This document shows positions 38,948-51,199 of a stretch of DNA of 64,000 bases, one piece after another. Position 1 is the stretch's first letter. The number at the start of each line of letters is the position of its first letter. The stretch is from Octopus bimaculoides. Lineage: Eukaryota. Under the pieces are notes generated by a model. The model was not told where the DNA came from. It did not search any database and saw nothing but the letters and a program-made list of their open reading frames with translations. The stretch is taken from contig NC_068982.1 of NCBI RefSeq assembly GCF_001194135.2, positions 89,322,778-89,386,777 on the forward strand, read 5' to 3'. Position numbers and translations under genes: made by a program.

Positions 38948-39099
38948 ACGTGTGCGCATGCGTGCATGCGCATATGTATGCGTGTTTGTGCCACCTCGTC
39001 TTAATATTGTATGGCAATTGTAAACATGTGTCATTATCGTGCAAGCAGTGTCATTCATTTTCAGTCTTTCAGGAAAACCTATCTGATCATAGAGAAATA

Positions 39100-39442
39100 T
39101 TATCTTGCTTAGAAACAAGTGAGGGCTGGCAACAAAAAACAGCATCTGGCTGCAGAAAATTTGTCTCAAAACACGGAAAAGTGAACATTAAAATAATGAT
39201 GATGATGATGATGATGACGATGATGATGATGATGATGATGATGATGGTGATGATGATGGTGGTGATGATGATGGGGAGGAGGAGGAGGCTGAGGAGAATG
39301 AGGAAGGCGATGAGGAAGACAAATTGAGCAAGGAGGATGGGGAGGACAAGTACAAGTCGGAAGAGGAGGATGAGGATGTGGACAACAGGATGAGGAAGAG
39401 GAGGTTGAAGCCCTTTTGTCTCCTCAGCTTCCTCCTCATCCC

Positions 39443-39474
<32 letters not shown>

Positions 39475-39499
39475 CCATCACCACCGTCATCACCACTAA

Positions 39500-39532
<33 letters not shown>

Positions 39533-39650
39533 TATATTTTAATGTTCACTTTTCCATGTTTGTATGGGTTAGTAGTATTCATTGAGACAAATTTTCTGCA
39601 ACCAGATGTTGTTTTTGTTGCCATCCCTCACTTGTTTCTAAGCAAGCTAA
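39100..39650. repeat. Inverted repeat with (GAT)n/(ATC)n and GAG/CTC-rich interior
   Basis: CTTGCTTAGAAACAAGTGAGGG...GAAAAGTGAACATTAAAATAATGATG mirrored by CATCATTATATTTTAATGTTCACTTTTC...CCCTCACTTGTTTCTAAGCAAG. Confidence 0.85.
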
Positions 39651-40659
39651 AGTTGTTAAAAACTGCAGCCATATCAAATATACAGAATATTCTAGGCGAA
39701 AATTTCTAAGGATAACTCACAGTTTTGCAAATCCACTAAACCAATGAGATAACATGAAAAACATTTTGTTAAAAATGATGTGGTTGGTATTTCTTTGTCC
39801 AAAGTTTCATAGATTGTTGTTTGGGTTGGAGAGTTCTAAGTAACTTAAAGTGAAAATGTAAGCAACAGTATTGTTTGTAGTGAAGAAAATGTTCAGGACA
39901 CACAGTGCAGAAAATCAGTGAACCATCAACCAGCAGATATATCGTAATTATCTTCTTTTATTGATTCAAGCCAGTGGTATTGTGACTTAAATAAATTTAC
40001 TGTCCAAAATAAACAAGTTTCTACTTATGTAACGAGCAAAAATTGATCTTATTACAGTAATTGTCTAATCTCATAACAGCATGGAAAATAACCAACAACC
40101 AACAAATCAAGGGAGCTTTTATGTGGCCACTTGACTTACTAGAAATAACAGTCAAAAGTCCTTTAAATCACAGTGTAGCCTTATAAATAAGCAGTATATT
40201 ATATGGTCCCAGATTCTCTGTGCAAAGGGGGAAAAAAAGGAGGATGGTCACTGCTGGAATGTCTGATCATATGTCTGTTTCATCAAAGCTGACTTGGAAC
40301 TAAACAACTAAGAAAGCAAGATGAGCCAATAACAGAGTTCAGCCTGTTTGCAATAGCAGTCAAATATCCCTCAAATTACATCCGGTTATAGACAAGGACA
40401 TATTTGGATAATGTGGTATTGAGTAGATTGAGCCTAGGAAAACATGGCATACACATGAGCAGTTCAGTTAAAACTAACCCTGGGCTAAATAACACTAACA
40501 ATAATAATAATCACCAAGCACAAGAGGTCTACCTGCTAGTAATAGCTGCCTCATCATCCTCAAATTACACCATGTGTATACTGAATTATCTAGTCCTAGA
40601 TATATAATCAAGATATAGGTGGTTGGGGCTTAATTAGTCCTAGATATATAATAAAAATA

Positions 40660-41906
40660 TAGGAGATTGGGGCTAAATTTGGCAGTTTCCATAAAAGGAA
40701 AAGAAAGTAATATCCCATCCAAAAGTTAAAATATTTTTAAAAATCAAAAAAATCAATGAAATTATGATTGGGAGATAACAGTTTACTCAAAGTAGATGCT
40801 CTTAGCTTCTGCCACAACCTCAAGACATCTCTGGAACCTGGTGCATGCATTCCTCACTGTTTTCCTGGGAAGATCTCTGAACATTTTTCTCATCTTGGCC
40901 ACCAGCTTGGCCTTGGTGTTACAGGTAGAGTAGTGGATGTCTTTTTCAATCATGCCTCACACATATAATCAGAATTAGGAAGCCAGAAATTGAGGCTGCT
41001 GAAGAGATACAAAACTCTCCAACAACCGCTTCTGATTCTTTCTGGAGGTATTGTTGTTGTTGGCACTCTGTCGCTTACGACGTCGAGGGTTCCAGTTGAT
41101 CCGATCAACGGAACAGCCAGCTTGTGAAATTAATGTGCAAGTGACTGAGCACTCTACAGACATGTGTACCCTTAACGTAGTTCTCAGGGATATCCAGTGT
41201 GACACAGTGTGACAAAGCTGACCCTTTAAATTACAGGCACAACAGAAACAGGAAATAAGAGTGAGAGAAAGTTGTGGTGAAAGAGTACAGCAGGGTTCGC
41301 CACCATCCCCTGCCAGAGCCTCATGGAGTTTTAGGTGTTTTCGCTGAATAAACACTCACAACGCCCGGTCTGAGAATCGAAACCGTGATCCTATGACTGC
41401 GAGTCCGCTGCCCTAACCACTGGGCCATTGCGCCTCCACTTCTGGAGGTATAGCAAGGAGCCAAATCTATGGCTTTTCAGCAACAACCTTTTCCAGCCAG
41501 GGGTTAATCACATCCTCCAGTAGCTTCACATAGCTGTCTAAATTAAGGCTCAATTCAAAGATGTAGGAATGAATCCTGGTGCATGGACATAGTCAGAACT
41601 TCTGCTGTGTCCTTTCCTGCTGGCCACAGCTTCATAGCTTCTGCTGCAGCTGTTTTACAGCCTTTACAATGTTCACAGAGCATTCAACAGCAGTCATGAT
41701 ACTGGCATTTTGATACTCAGTGCAAATCATCCTGATGCAGGTAATTCGTTTCTAATATTCAGATGACTTCCAGATGTCCATGTCAACTAAGTATTTTCCA
41801 GATTTAATCTTTATGCTCTCCAACACTATTGATTTTTCACCAATACATCAAGCTGTTCCTGAAAAAAGGAAACAGAGAAATCATCAAATTTATCCCAAAT
41901 ACCCTG
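40660..41906 (-). mobile_element. Tc1/mariner-superfamily transposon (maT/DD37D-like), internally deleted, with SINE insertion
   Basis: TIRs TA|TAGGAGATTGGGGCTAAATTT and AAATTTATCCCAAATACCCTG|TA. Minus frames give YVKLLEDVINPWLEKVVAEKP and CNTKAKLVAKM..LPRKTVRNACTRFQRCLEVVAEA. Confidence 0.72.
41052..41439 (-). mobile_element. tRNA-derived SINE, family C, full length with 12-bp TSD
   Basis: Head GGCGCAATGGCCCAGTGGTTAGGG..GGTTTCGATTC, (CAA)n tail, TSD TTCTGGAGGTAT at 41040-41051 and 41440-41451. Confidence 0.88.
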
Positions 41907-42119
41907 TAATAGTCTTGAAGATTAAACATCATTTAACATCTACATTTCCACTCTTGTATGAGTCAGACAGAATGTGTTGAGGCAGGTTTTCGACAGTCAG
42001 ATGCCCTTCTTGCTGCCAACACTTCCCCATGGCCAGAAACGAACAAAATCACTTATAATATGGTGATGCTTGTCTACAATCATGATATCGAGGTAAAGGT
42101 ACACACAAACACACACATT

Positions 42120-42715
42120 ATATATATAGAGAAAAAAACTACAATTATTGAGTTCATCCATGAAAATTCACAATCACATATACAAAACTTTAATAAGTAA
42201 ATACACTAAAAAGATCTATAATAAAAATCAAAATTTTCAAGTGACTTAATTCTAATAAACGCTAAGTTAATAGTATAACGTTTAAAATTTTAGTTTAAAC
42301 TAAAGCTTCGATTAGATAAGTATTGCATTTATTTTCAGTAATATTGTTAAATGTTTTTCCTTTATTTATTGGTAAAATAAGTATTTTTATATAAATTCAT
42401 TTGATATTTATTGTTAGTTGATATATATACATTCATTTTATTATTATTATTATTGTATTTTGACGCAAAGATTAGCTAAATTTTTGAATAGAATTAATTT
42501 TCGATCGATTTATTTTGAAGCGATTTGATTTTTATTTGATTTTCTATTTGAAAATGTGGTTATGAAACACATGTAGTTGTTTTAATATTTATTACTTTGT
42601 ACTTTTTTGATTTTTATTATTTTTTTTAGTGTATTTACTTATTAAATTTTTCTATATGTGATTGTGGCATTTCATGGATGAATTCAATGATTGTGGTTTT
42701 TTTCTCTAAATTATA
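42120..42715. repeat. AT-rich inverted repeat (~110-bp arms, ~370-bp spacer)
   Basis: AGAGAAAAAAACTACAATTATTGAGTTCATCCATGAAA..AATAAGTAAATACACTAAAAA mirrored at about 42603-42715. Confidence 0.75.
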
Positions 42716-42829
42716 TATTTATATATTATATATTGTGAAATTTAATTTAATTTTAATTTTGATAAATTAAATTAAATTGAATTTTTCAGTGTAAATTTGG
42801 ATTTTTATCCCTAATATTATTATCATAAT

Positions 42830-42834
<5 letters not shown>

Positions 42835-42913
<79 letters not shown>

Positions 42914-42930
42914 GAGAGGAGGAAAGAGAG
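42835..42930. repeat. (TA)n(GA)n microsatellite
   Basis: Visible repeats. Confidence 0.93.
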
Positions 42931-43149
42931 AATTGAAGCAGTATTAATACCAAAAGGTAAAATATTCACCACTTAAAAGTGTATGTTGCATTAAAACACA
43001 CAAATACTACGATATTTACCAAGCGAGGAAAACTTTCATATAGATTTTCAGTGCATAAAAGCACATCATAGCTATCACCAGTGGCAGACAGTCACTATTA
43101 TTTCCACTGCCAGGATTACTAGACCATGTGATTTCAGCCTCTTTTAGTC

Positions 43150-43770
43150 ATATACACACTCATGCACACAATCATTGGCACACCTAGTCAAAAATGGGTT
43201 TTTATTGAATTTCTCACAAAAATTAGTGTCTACACAATTGTTTAAAGAACACCAAACAAAAAATAAATTTCCAAAACTATCTTTAATGAGTAAAACAAAA
43301 ATAAAGTAATTTGATGGTTCAAAATTATTGGCACTTCTACAAAATTTAATAATTAAAAATCAATACTGTCTCCTTTATGCTTAATAACTTCCTTCAAGCT
43401 ATGAGGATAATTTTCAATTAATTTCAAGTACAGACCAGAAGGAATTTTAGCCTATTCTTCAATCACATATTCTTCTAGTTGCTTCATATTAGATGAATTT
43501 CTTGCTTTCACTCTTTCCTTTAGCCCCCACCATAAATTTTCTGTCAGGTTTAAGTCAAGACTTTGAGCCAGCCATGAAAATACATCTATCATATTTTCTT
43601 TCAACCAATTTTGGATTAGAAGTGAAGTAAGCTTAGGATCATTGTCCAGCATGAAGGTCCAAAAGCATCCTAATCCCAGTTGCTTCACTGATGACTTCAG
43701 GCTTTCATTCAAAACATTGAGATAATTCTCTTTTTACTTCATTCCTTCAATTCGAATTTCTATTGACCGA
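43150..43770 (-). mobile_element. Tc1-like transposon 3' fragment with one TIR
   Basis: FMLDNDPKLTS..WLAQSLDLNLTENLWWGLK. A repeated ATTGGCAC motif at ~43175 and ~43328 is typical of Tc1 IR/DR ends. Confidence 0.8.
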
Positions 43771-43904
43771 ATCTACTCACAAGGCTTTGGTCAGTACAGG
43801 GTTATAGAAGACACTTGCTCAAAATGATACACAATAGAAATGAACCTGAAACTTGCATAGTTGGAAATGGAACTCCTTAACCATATTGCGGCACTCCATT
43901 GGTT

Positions 43905-44265
43905 ATGAAGACGAGAGTTCCAGTTGATCTGATCAACAGAACAACCTGCTCATGAAATTAACATGCAAGTGGCTGAGCACTCCACAGACACATATACCTT
44001 TAATGTAGTTCTCAGGGAGATTCAGCATGACACAGATTGTGACAAGGCTGGCCTTTTGAAATACAGGTACAACAGAAACAGTAAGAAAGAGTGAGAGAAG
44101 GTTGTAGTGAATGAGTACAGCAGGGTTTGTCACCACCCACTGCCAAAGCCTCGTGGAACTTTAGATGTTTTCGCTCAATAAACACAATGCCCGATCTGAG
44201 AATCAAAACTGCAATCCTATGACTGTGAGTCCACTGCTCTAACCACTGGACCATTGCGCCTCCAC
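43905..44265 (-). mobile_element. tRNA-derived SINE, family C
   Basis: Homologous over its length to 41052-41439. Confidence 0.82.
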
Positions 44266-44394
44266 CCATAACCATATAGCTATACCTGCACCTATGAAGA
44301 ATAAAACCAAATAGTGCTAACTTTTTAATCCAGTATACTAAGTTTTTGCCAATGCAACACACACAAATGTGTCCACAACCTACATCATGGTTTC

Positions 44395-44610
44395 AAATTT
44401 TGGCATAAGGCCAGCAGTTTTTACGGATGGGAGTAAATCGATTATATTGACCCCAGTGTTTAACTGGTACTTACTTTATCAGCCCTGAAAAGGATGAAAG
44501 GTAAAGTCAACCTTGGCACAATTTGAACTCAGAACATAAAAGACAGACAAAATGCTGCTAAGCATTTTGCCCAGTGTACTAACGATTCTGCCAGCCTGCT
44601 GCCTTAGTCC
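44395..44610 (-). mobile_element. Family-A SINE
   Basis: Reverse complement of the family-A head, core and tail. Confidence 0.75.
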
Positions 44611-44679
44611 ACACCTACATCATGAGAGTTCAACTTGTAACAAACATTGTTTTGTATAATCAGAAACAATTGAAATCTT

Positions 44680-45096
44680 ATTTACATTTTGACGGATATT
44701 TGTCCTCATCTGGTTTGTTGTTAGCACAATGTTTTGGCATATATATCCTCCAGCCTTCATCAGGTGTCTTGGGGAAATTTCAAACCTGGGTTCTCATTCC
44801 TAAGCTGTTTTTCAACGTCATTATTATTATTATTATCATTATTATTATTACTCAGGTCACTGCCCATGGGCATATGGTGTAGTGGTTAAGAGCATGGGCT
44901 ACTAACCCCAAGATTCCGAGTTCAATTCCAGGCAGTGACCTGAATAATAATAATAATAACAACATCAAAAAATACCTTATGAATGAGAACCCAGGTTCAA
45001 AATTTCCCCAAGACACCTAATGAAGGCTGGAGGGTATATCAGCTGAAACGTGGTAACAACAAACAAGATGAGGACAAATATCCGTCAAATGTAAAT
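44680..45096 (+). mobile_element. Non-autonomous element: tRNA-like head flanked by inverted arms that each carry a hammerhead-like motif
   Basis: Arms 44680-44864 and 44931-45096 are reverse complements. The centre 44865-44930 has A-box TGGTGTAGTGG and B-box GAGTTCAATTCC. Arms read GACAC-CT(G/A)ATGA-A-GGCTG-loop-(CAGCT/ATGCC)-(G/A)AAAC. Confidence 0.7.
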
Positions 45097-45354
45097 AATG
45101 TACATAATTCCTCATCTCTTAAATATAGAACTGTATTAATTGAAATCTTATTACAAACTTTACCTTTTACATGGACAGGAACACAAACATCCATGCCCGA
45201 GTTAACAAATGGCAAAAGATTCAACTTGAAGTTGAAAAGAGTGACTAATCTGACATAAATCAGTTTAAAACTCAGCAGTTTCTTTATATCATTGCTGATG
45301 ATGTGATACATCTATGAGTGTGTAAAACAAATATGTGTATATGTATATAGCCAC

Positions 45355-45730
45355 AGCTGTGGCTGTGTGGTAAGAAGCTTGCTTCCCAACCACAGGATTC
45401 TGGGTTCAGTCCCACTCTGTGGCACCTTCAGCAAGCGTCTTCTACTATAACCTCAGACCGACCAAAGCTTTGTAAGTGGATTTGGTAGATGGAAACTGAA
45501 AGAAGCCCATCATATATTTGTGTGTCTGTTTGTCCCCCTACCATCGCTTGACAACCAATGTTGGTGTGTCTACATCCTCATAACTTAGCAGTTCAGCAAA
45601 AGAGATCAATAAAATAAGTACCAAGCTTACAAAGAATAAGTCCTGGGGTAGATTTGTTGGACTAAAGGCAGTGCTCCAGCATGGTCACTGTCTAATGACT
45701 GAAACAAGTAAAAGAATAAAAGAGTAAAAG
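45355..45730 (+). mobile_element. tRNA-derived SINE, family B
   Basis: GTGGCTGTGTGGTAAG..GGGTTCAGTCCC head, full body, (GAATAAAA)-type tail. Confidence 0.82.
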
Positions 45731-45739
45731 AATGTATGT

Positions 45740-46855
45740 CATCATCATCATTGTTTAATGTCTGCTTTCCATGCTAGCATCGGTTGGATGATTTGACTGA
45801 GGACTGGCAAACCAGATGGCTGGCTGCACCAGGCTCCAATCTGATCTGGCAGAGTTTCTACAGCTGGATGCCCTTGCTAACGTCAACCACTCCGAGAGTG
45901 TAGTAGGTGCTTTTTACGTGCCACCGGCACAGGGGCCAGTCAGGCGGTACTGGCAACAGCCACTCTGAAGTAGTGTTTTTTATGTGCCACCTGCACAGGA
46001 GCCAGTCCAGTGACACTGGCAACGACCTCGCTCGAATATTTTTTCACATGCCACCAGCACAAGTGCCAGTAAGGCGACGCTGGTAACAATCACGCTTAAA
46101 TGGTGCTTTTTACGTGCCACCGGCATAGAAGCCAGTCAGCTGCTCTGGCAGCGATCACGCTCGGATGGTGCTCTTAGCGCTCCACTGGCATGGGCACCAG
46201 TCATCAGATTTGCAAATTTGATTTGCTTTCAATTTCACTTGCCTAAACAGGTCTTCGCAAGCAGAGTTTAGTGTCCAATGAAGGAAAGGTATGCATAAGT
46301 GGGCTGGCTACATCCCTGGCATTGGCCACGGGTTATGGTCTCACTTGGCTTGCTGGGTCTTCTCACGCACTGCATATTTCCAAAGGTCTTGGTCACTAGT
46401 CATTGCCTCAGTGAGGCCTAATGTTCGAAGGTTGTGCTTCACCTCCTCATCCCAAGTCTTCCTGGGTCTACCGCTTCCACAGGTTCCCTCAACCGCTAGG
46501 GTGTGGCACTTTTTCACACAGCTATCCTCATCCATTCTTGCCACATAACCATACCAGCACAATCGTCTCTCTTGCACACCACATCTGATGCTTCTTAGGT
46601 CCAACTTTTCTCTCAAGGTACTTACACTCTGTCGAGTATGCACACTGACATTACACATCCATCGGAGCATACTGGCTTCATTCCTTGCGAGCTTACGCAT
46701 GTCCTCAGCAGTCACGGCCCATGTTTCACTGTGATGTAGCATGACTGTTCATACACATGCGTCATATAGTCTGCCTTTTACTCTGAGTGAGAGGCCCTTT
46801 GTCACCAGCAGAGGTAAGGGCTGTCTAAACTTTGCCCAGGCTATTCTTGTGCATA
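45740..46855 (-). mobile_element. RTE-clade LINE 3' portion with repetitive 3' UTR and (GAT)n tail
   Basis: AWAKFR..KGRLYDACV, HSETWAV..EASMLRWMC..RRLCWYGYVARM..GRPRKTWDE; UTR with repeated GTGCCACC units; (CAT)n at 45740. Confidence 0.87.
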
Positions 46856-47249
46856 ATACACAATCTGCAGAGACCATACCAAAGCTGACATTGGAGCTTG
46901 ATGCCACCTGAAGTAGGTCAGATTCAGTCCAACCATCCAACCCATGCTAGCATGGAAAGAAAAGATGTTAAATGATGATGATGTGTGTACATAATATGCA
47001 CACATACAACATCCCAAACAGAAGTGCTAACATTTAAAAGAGGTTAACTGACTGCTGTTATCCAAGTTCAACATCACCCCATAGGAAAAAGATTTACCTG
47101 TAATAGACTGGTGTCCTATCAAAGAAGGGTGGTGTGGGGTTTCAACTATTCATTGCCATACAAGCACATGAAGGACAGAATGACTGCAGAAGCTAAGGAG
47201 CTAATAGGTGGTTAGAATAAGAAATATACAATCAAAATTACTCCAACAG

Positions 47250-47770
47250 TAGGTGCAGGAATGGTTGTGTGGTTAAGAAACTTGATTACTCAGACAAATA
47301 TCTACAACTTAGTGACTAAATTAGTAACAAATATCAACAACTTAGTAACTAAATTTGGTAGATGGAAACTAAGAGCCCATTGTTGAGTTTGTGTGTATAT
47401 CCACAGGCACAGGTGTGGCTGTGTGGTAAGATGCTTGTTTTCCAACCACATAGTCCCGGGTTCAGTCCCACTGTGTGGCACCATAACCTTAGATAGATTT
47501 GGTAGATAGAAACTGAAAGAAATCTATTGTGTATATGTGTGTGTGTGTGTTTTCCTCCCACCGCTTGGCAACTAGTGTTAGTGTGTTAGTGTGTTAGTGT
47601 TTATGTACCTGTAACTTAGCAGTTCAACAAAAGAAACTGATAGAATAAGTACCAGGCTTTACACACACAAAAAAAAATTAGTACTAGGGCTAATTTGTTT
47701 GCTAAAAATTCTTCAAGGTGGTAGCCCATCATGGCCGCAGTCTAATGACTGGAACAAGTAAAAAGATAAG
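47250..47770 (+). mobile_element. Family-B SINE(s), nested or duplicated heads
   Basis: Two head segments (47255, 47410) and one body/tail. Confidence 0.7.
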
Positions 47771-47872
47771 TACGTAAAATTTGAGAGTAATAAGTAAAAG
47801 AAAGGAAACATATCTTCAAAACTTTTTATAAAAGAGAGAGAGACAGAGACAAAGAAATTTTGAATAGTGATC

Positions 47873-47878
47873 TTTATT
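47873..47878 (-). promoter_or_regulatory. Candidate polyadenylation signal of the aminopeptidase gene
   Basis: AATAAA on the minus strand ~117 nt after the TGA stop, followed by a T/GT-rich stretch. Confidence 0.4.
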
Positions 47879-47994
47879 ATTCTTAAGATTTCAAATAGGA
47901 ATGAAAAAATAGATTGAGAAAAATAATCCTATTAGAATTAATACAAAGAAATCAAATATTTCTCTATCGTATTTCATTTTGTTCTGGAATGATT

Positions 47995-48129
47995 TCAGAT
48001 ACGAGGGAGAATGTAATGACTGGATAGTGCCAAAACAGGAGCTCCAGTTGGAACACCAGGAAATGGTCCACTTGAACCAGCAACATCAATGTGGGAGTAA
48101 GGAATTGGAATGTTGGAATCAATACCATG
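47995..48129 (-). CDS. M17 leucyl aminopeptidase-like gene, last coding exon
   Basis: Polypyrimidine tract + CAG|HGIDSNIPIPYSHIDVAGSSGPFPGVPTGAPVLALSSHYILPRI*. HIDVAG matches the M17 C-terminal HxDxAG motif; phase 0. Confidence 0.9.
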   Translation of the reverse strand, partial: HGIDSNIPIPYSHIDVAGSSGPFPGVPTGAPVLALSSHYILPRI

Positions 48130-48234
48130 CTGAAAAGAAAAAAAGAGAAGAAAACAGATATGAGTTCCGTTTCAAATGGCACAAATTGTTATCAGTTTTC
48201 ACTGGATTAAACATATGCAACGAAATATAGAGAT

Positions 48235-49845
48235 ATTACACAAACACACACAAATACATACATACATACATACAAATGCACACACAAATACATACATACA
48301 TACAAATGCACACATACACAAATACATACATACATACATACATACAAATGTACACACACAAATATATATACACATACAAATGCACACATAAATACATACA
48401 CACAAATGCACACATACACACACAAATGCACATATACACACAAACGCACATATACACACAAATACATACAAATGCACATACACACACACACACACAAATG
48501 TACATATACACACACACACAAATGTACATATACACACACATATGCACGTACACATGCAAAAATGCACACACACACATGCACACATACATACACACACATA
48601 CNNNNNNNNNNNNNNNNNNNNNNNNNNNNNNNNNNNNNNNNNNNNNNNNNNNNNNNNNNNNNNNNNNNNNNNNNNNNNNNNNNNNNNNNNNNNNNNNNNN
48701 NNNNNNNNNNNNNNNNNNNNNNNNNNNNNNNNNNNNNNNNNNNNNNNNNNNNNNNNNNNNNNNNNNNNNNNNNNNNNNNNNNNNNNNNNNNNNNNNNNNN
48801 NNNNNNNNNNNNNNNNNNNNNNNNNNNNNNNNNNNNNNNNNNNNNNNNNNNNNNNNNNNNNNNNNNNNNNNNNNNNNNNNNNNNNNNNNNNNNNNNNNNN
48901 NNNNNNNNNNNNNNNNNNNNNNACATATACACACACACACAAATGTACATATACACACACATATGCACGTACACATGCAAAAATGCACACACACACATGC
49001 ACACATACATACACACACATACATACACATGCACACACACACGTGCATACATACACATGCACGCACACACGTGCATACATACACATGCACACACACGTGC
49101 ATACATACACATGCACACACACACACCTGCATACGTACATATGCATGCACACGCGCATACATACACATGCACACACGTGCATACATACAAATGCACACAT
49201 ACACACACATAAACACACACATATGCATGCACACACACAAGCATACATACACATGCACACACGCATGCATACACATGCACACACACGCATACATACACAC
49301 ACACGCATACATACACACATGCACACACTAACATATGTGCATGCATACACACATGCGCATACATACACATGCACACACACACATACACATGCATACATAC
49401 ATAAGCACACACACATGCATACATACATATGCACACACACACATACATACATAAGCACAAACAAGCAAACATACAAATGGATGTAGACATACATACAAAT
49501 GCACACACACACACGCATACATACACATGCACACATACAAATTCACATAATGCATACATACAAATCCATATAACACATACATACAAACGCACATACACAC
49601 ACACGCATACATACAAATGCACGTAAATACACATACGAATGCACACACATGCATACAAATGCACACACTTACATACAAATGCACACATGTACAAATGTAT
49701 GTGCACACATATATATACATACAAATGCACATGCATACATATATACATATAAATGCACATGCACACATATATACATACATACATACAAATGCGCATGCAT
49801 AGATACATACAAATGCACATACACACATACATACAACTGCACATA
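48235..49845. repeat. Long compound (CA/CATA/CAAATG) low-complexity tract with N-gap 48602-48922
   Basis: Visible repeats; intronic. Confidence 0.93.
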
Positions 49846-49859
49846 TGCTTGTTGATATA

Positions 49860-50195
49860 AGGTCCGCCTGACTGGCTACCATGTCAGTGGCACCTAAAAG
49901 GCACTATCTGAACCTGGCCGATGCTAGGAACCCCTGACTGGCTCCCGTGCCGGTGACACATAAAAAGCACTATTCGAACATGATTGATGTTAGGCCTGCC
50001 TGACTGGTTCCTGTGCTAGCGGAACATAAAAAGCACCCACTACACTCTCGGAGTGGTTGGCATTAGGAAGGGCATCCGACTGTAGAAACATTGCCAGATC
50101 AGATTGGAGTCTAGTGCAGCCACTGACTCTCCAGACTTCAGTCAAACCATCCAACCCATGCCAGCATGGAAAACAGACATTAAACAATGATGAAA
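49860..50195 (+). mobile_element. RTE-type 3' UTR fragment
   Basis: Same sequence as the 45740-46290 UTR in opposite orientation; ends CAGCATGGAAAACAGACATTAAACAATGATGA. Confidence 0.7.
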
Positions 50196-50205
50196 TGCAA
50201 ATACG

Positions 50206-50239
<34 letters not shown>

Positions 50240-50884
50240 CATACACATACATAAATATTAATGCACATACACATATATATACATACGAAAGCACATACAG
50301 ATGCACATACCTGATGGTATCAATTAAATTCACTCCTGTTAAAAATACTGGCATTGTATCTCAAGTATTAAATAGAATAAAAGCTAAACAGAGGTCATGG
50401 ACTGCTTAGTTTTTAAGAAACAGGACAACCAAACAAGAGATCACTACTTCAAATCCTATCACTGGCATTGCATTGCTATTGCATCCAATAGCTCAAGCCA
50501 TCTAGCAGAAAATAGAGGTACCACAGAATAGGAACCTGCTGCTCCAATGTATAATAATACTGTAAAATTGACAGTGGTTCATTAATTAGTACACAGTACT
50601 GAGTTCAACTCCACAAGTTCTTTATAGCAAGTAGGAAAAGACTACCCAGCAGATTACCAAAATATACTATATGAAAATGTGAAAGGACAAACTACATAAA
50701 GCTGACCTAGAGCTTTTACAATACTAGATTAGGAGTTAACTGGTTCTGAGTTCTGGGTTCCTGCCTTATTTGACAGGATAACATCCATACAGATCTTTGT
50801 TTTGTTTTTTAATTCATAAACATCATCATTATTATTATCAAGGGGTCAATAAGTTAAGTACCAGTTGAACACTGGGGTCAATCT

Positions 50885-51105
50885 TATGTCTTTATTGCCC
50901 ACAAGGGGCTAAACATAGACGGAACAAGGACAGACACAGGGATAAAGTTGATTACATCGACCTCAGTGCACAACTGGTACTTAATTTATCGACCCCGGAA
51001 GGATGAAAGGCAAAGTCGACCTCGGCGGAATTTGAACTCAGAACGTAACGGCAGACGAAATACTGCAAAGCATTTCGCCTGGCGTACTAACGTTTCTGCC
51101 AGCCC
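50885..51105 (-). mobile_element. Family-A SINE nested within another family-A copy
   Basis: Minus-strand full copy between the plus-strand core (50841-50880) and plus-strand tail (51105-51145). Confidence 0.7.
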
Positions 51106-51146
51106 CTGCCCCGAAATTGCTGACCTTGTGCCTATAAGAGAAAGGA

Positions 51147-51199
<53 letters not shown>

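Noticed and set aside
39188-39542. Poly-Met/Ser/Ile ORFs
   Set aside because: They arise from (GAT)n/(GAG)n repeats in the inverted structure and are not credible proteins.
42300-42800. Strong C depletion resembling deamination or bisulfite conversion
   Set aside because: The right inverted-repeat arm keeps the Cs predicted from the left arm, so this is simple AT richness.
44865-44940. Possible tRNA gene (also SINE heads at 41370-41439, 44200-44265, 61245-61310)
   Set aside because: Acceptor, anticodon and T stems do not pair properly and the heads run into repeat bodies, so these are SINE-type heads.
48500-49020. Identical ~100-bp sequence on both sides of the 48602-48922 gap
   Set aside because: Most likely an unmerged contig overlap in low-complexity DNA rather than a real duplication.
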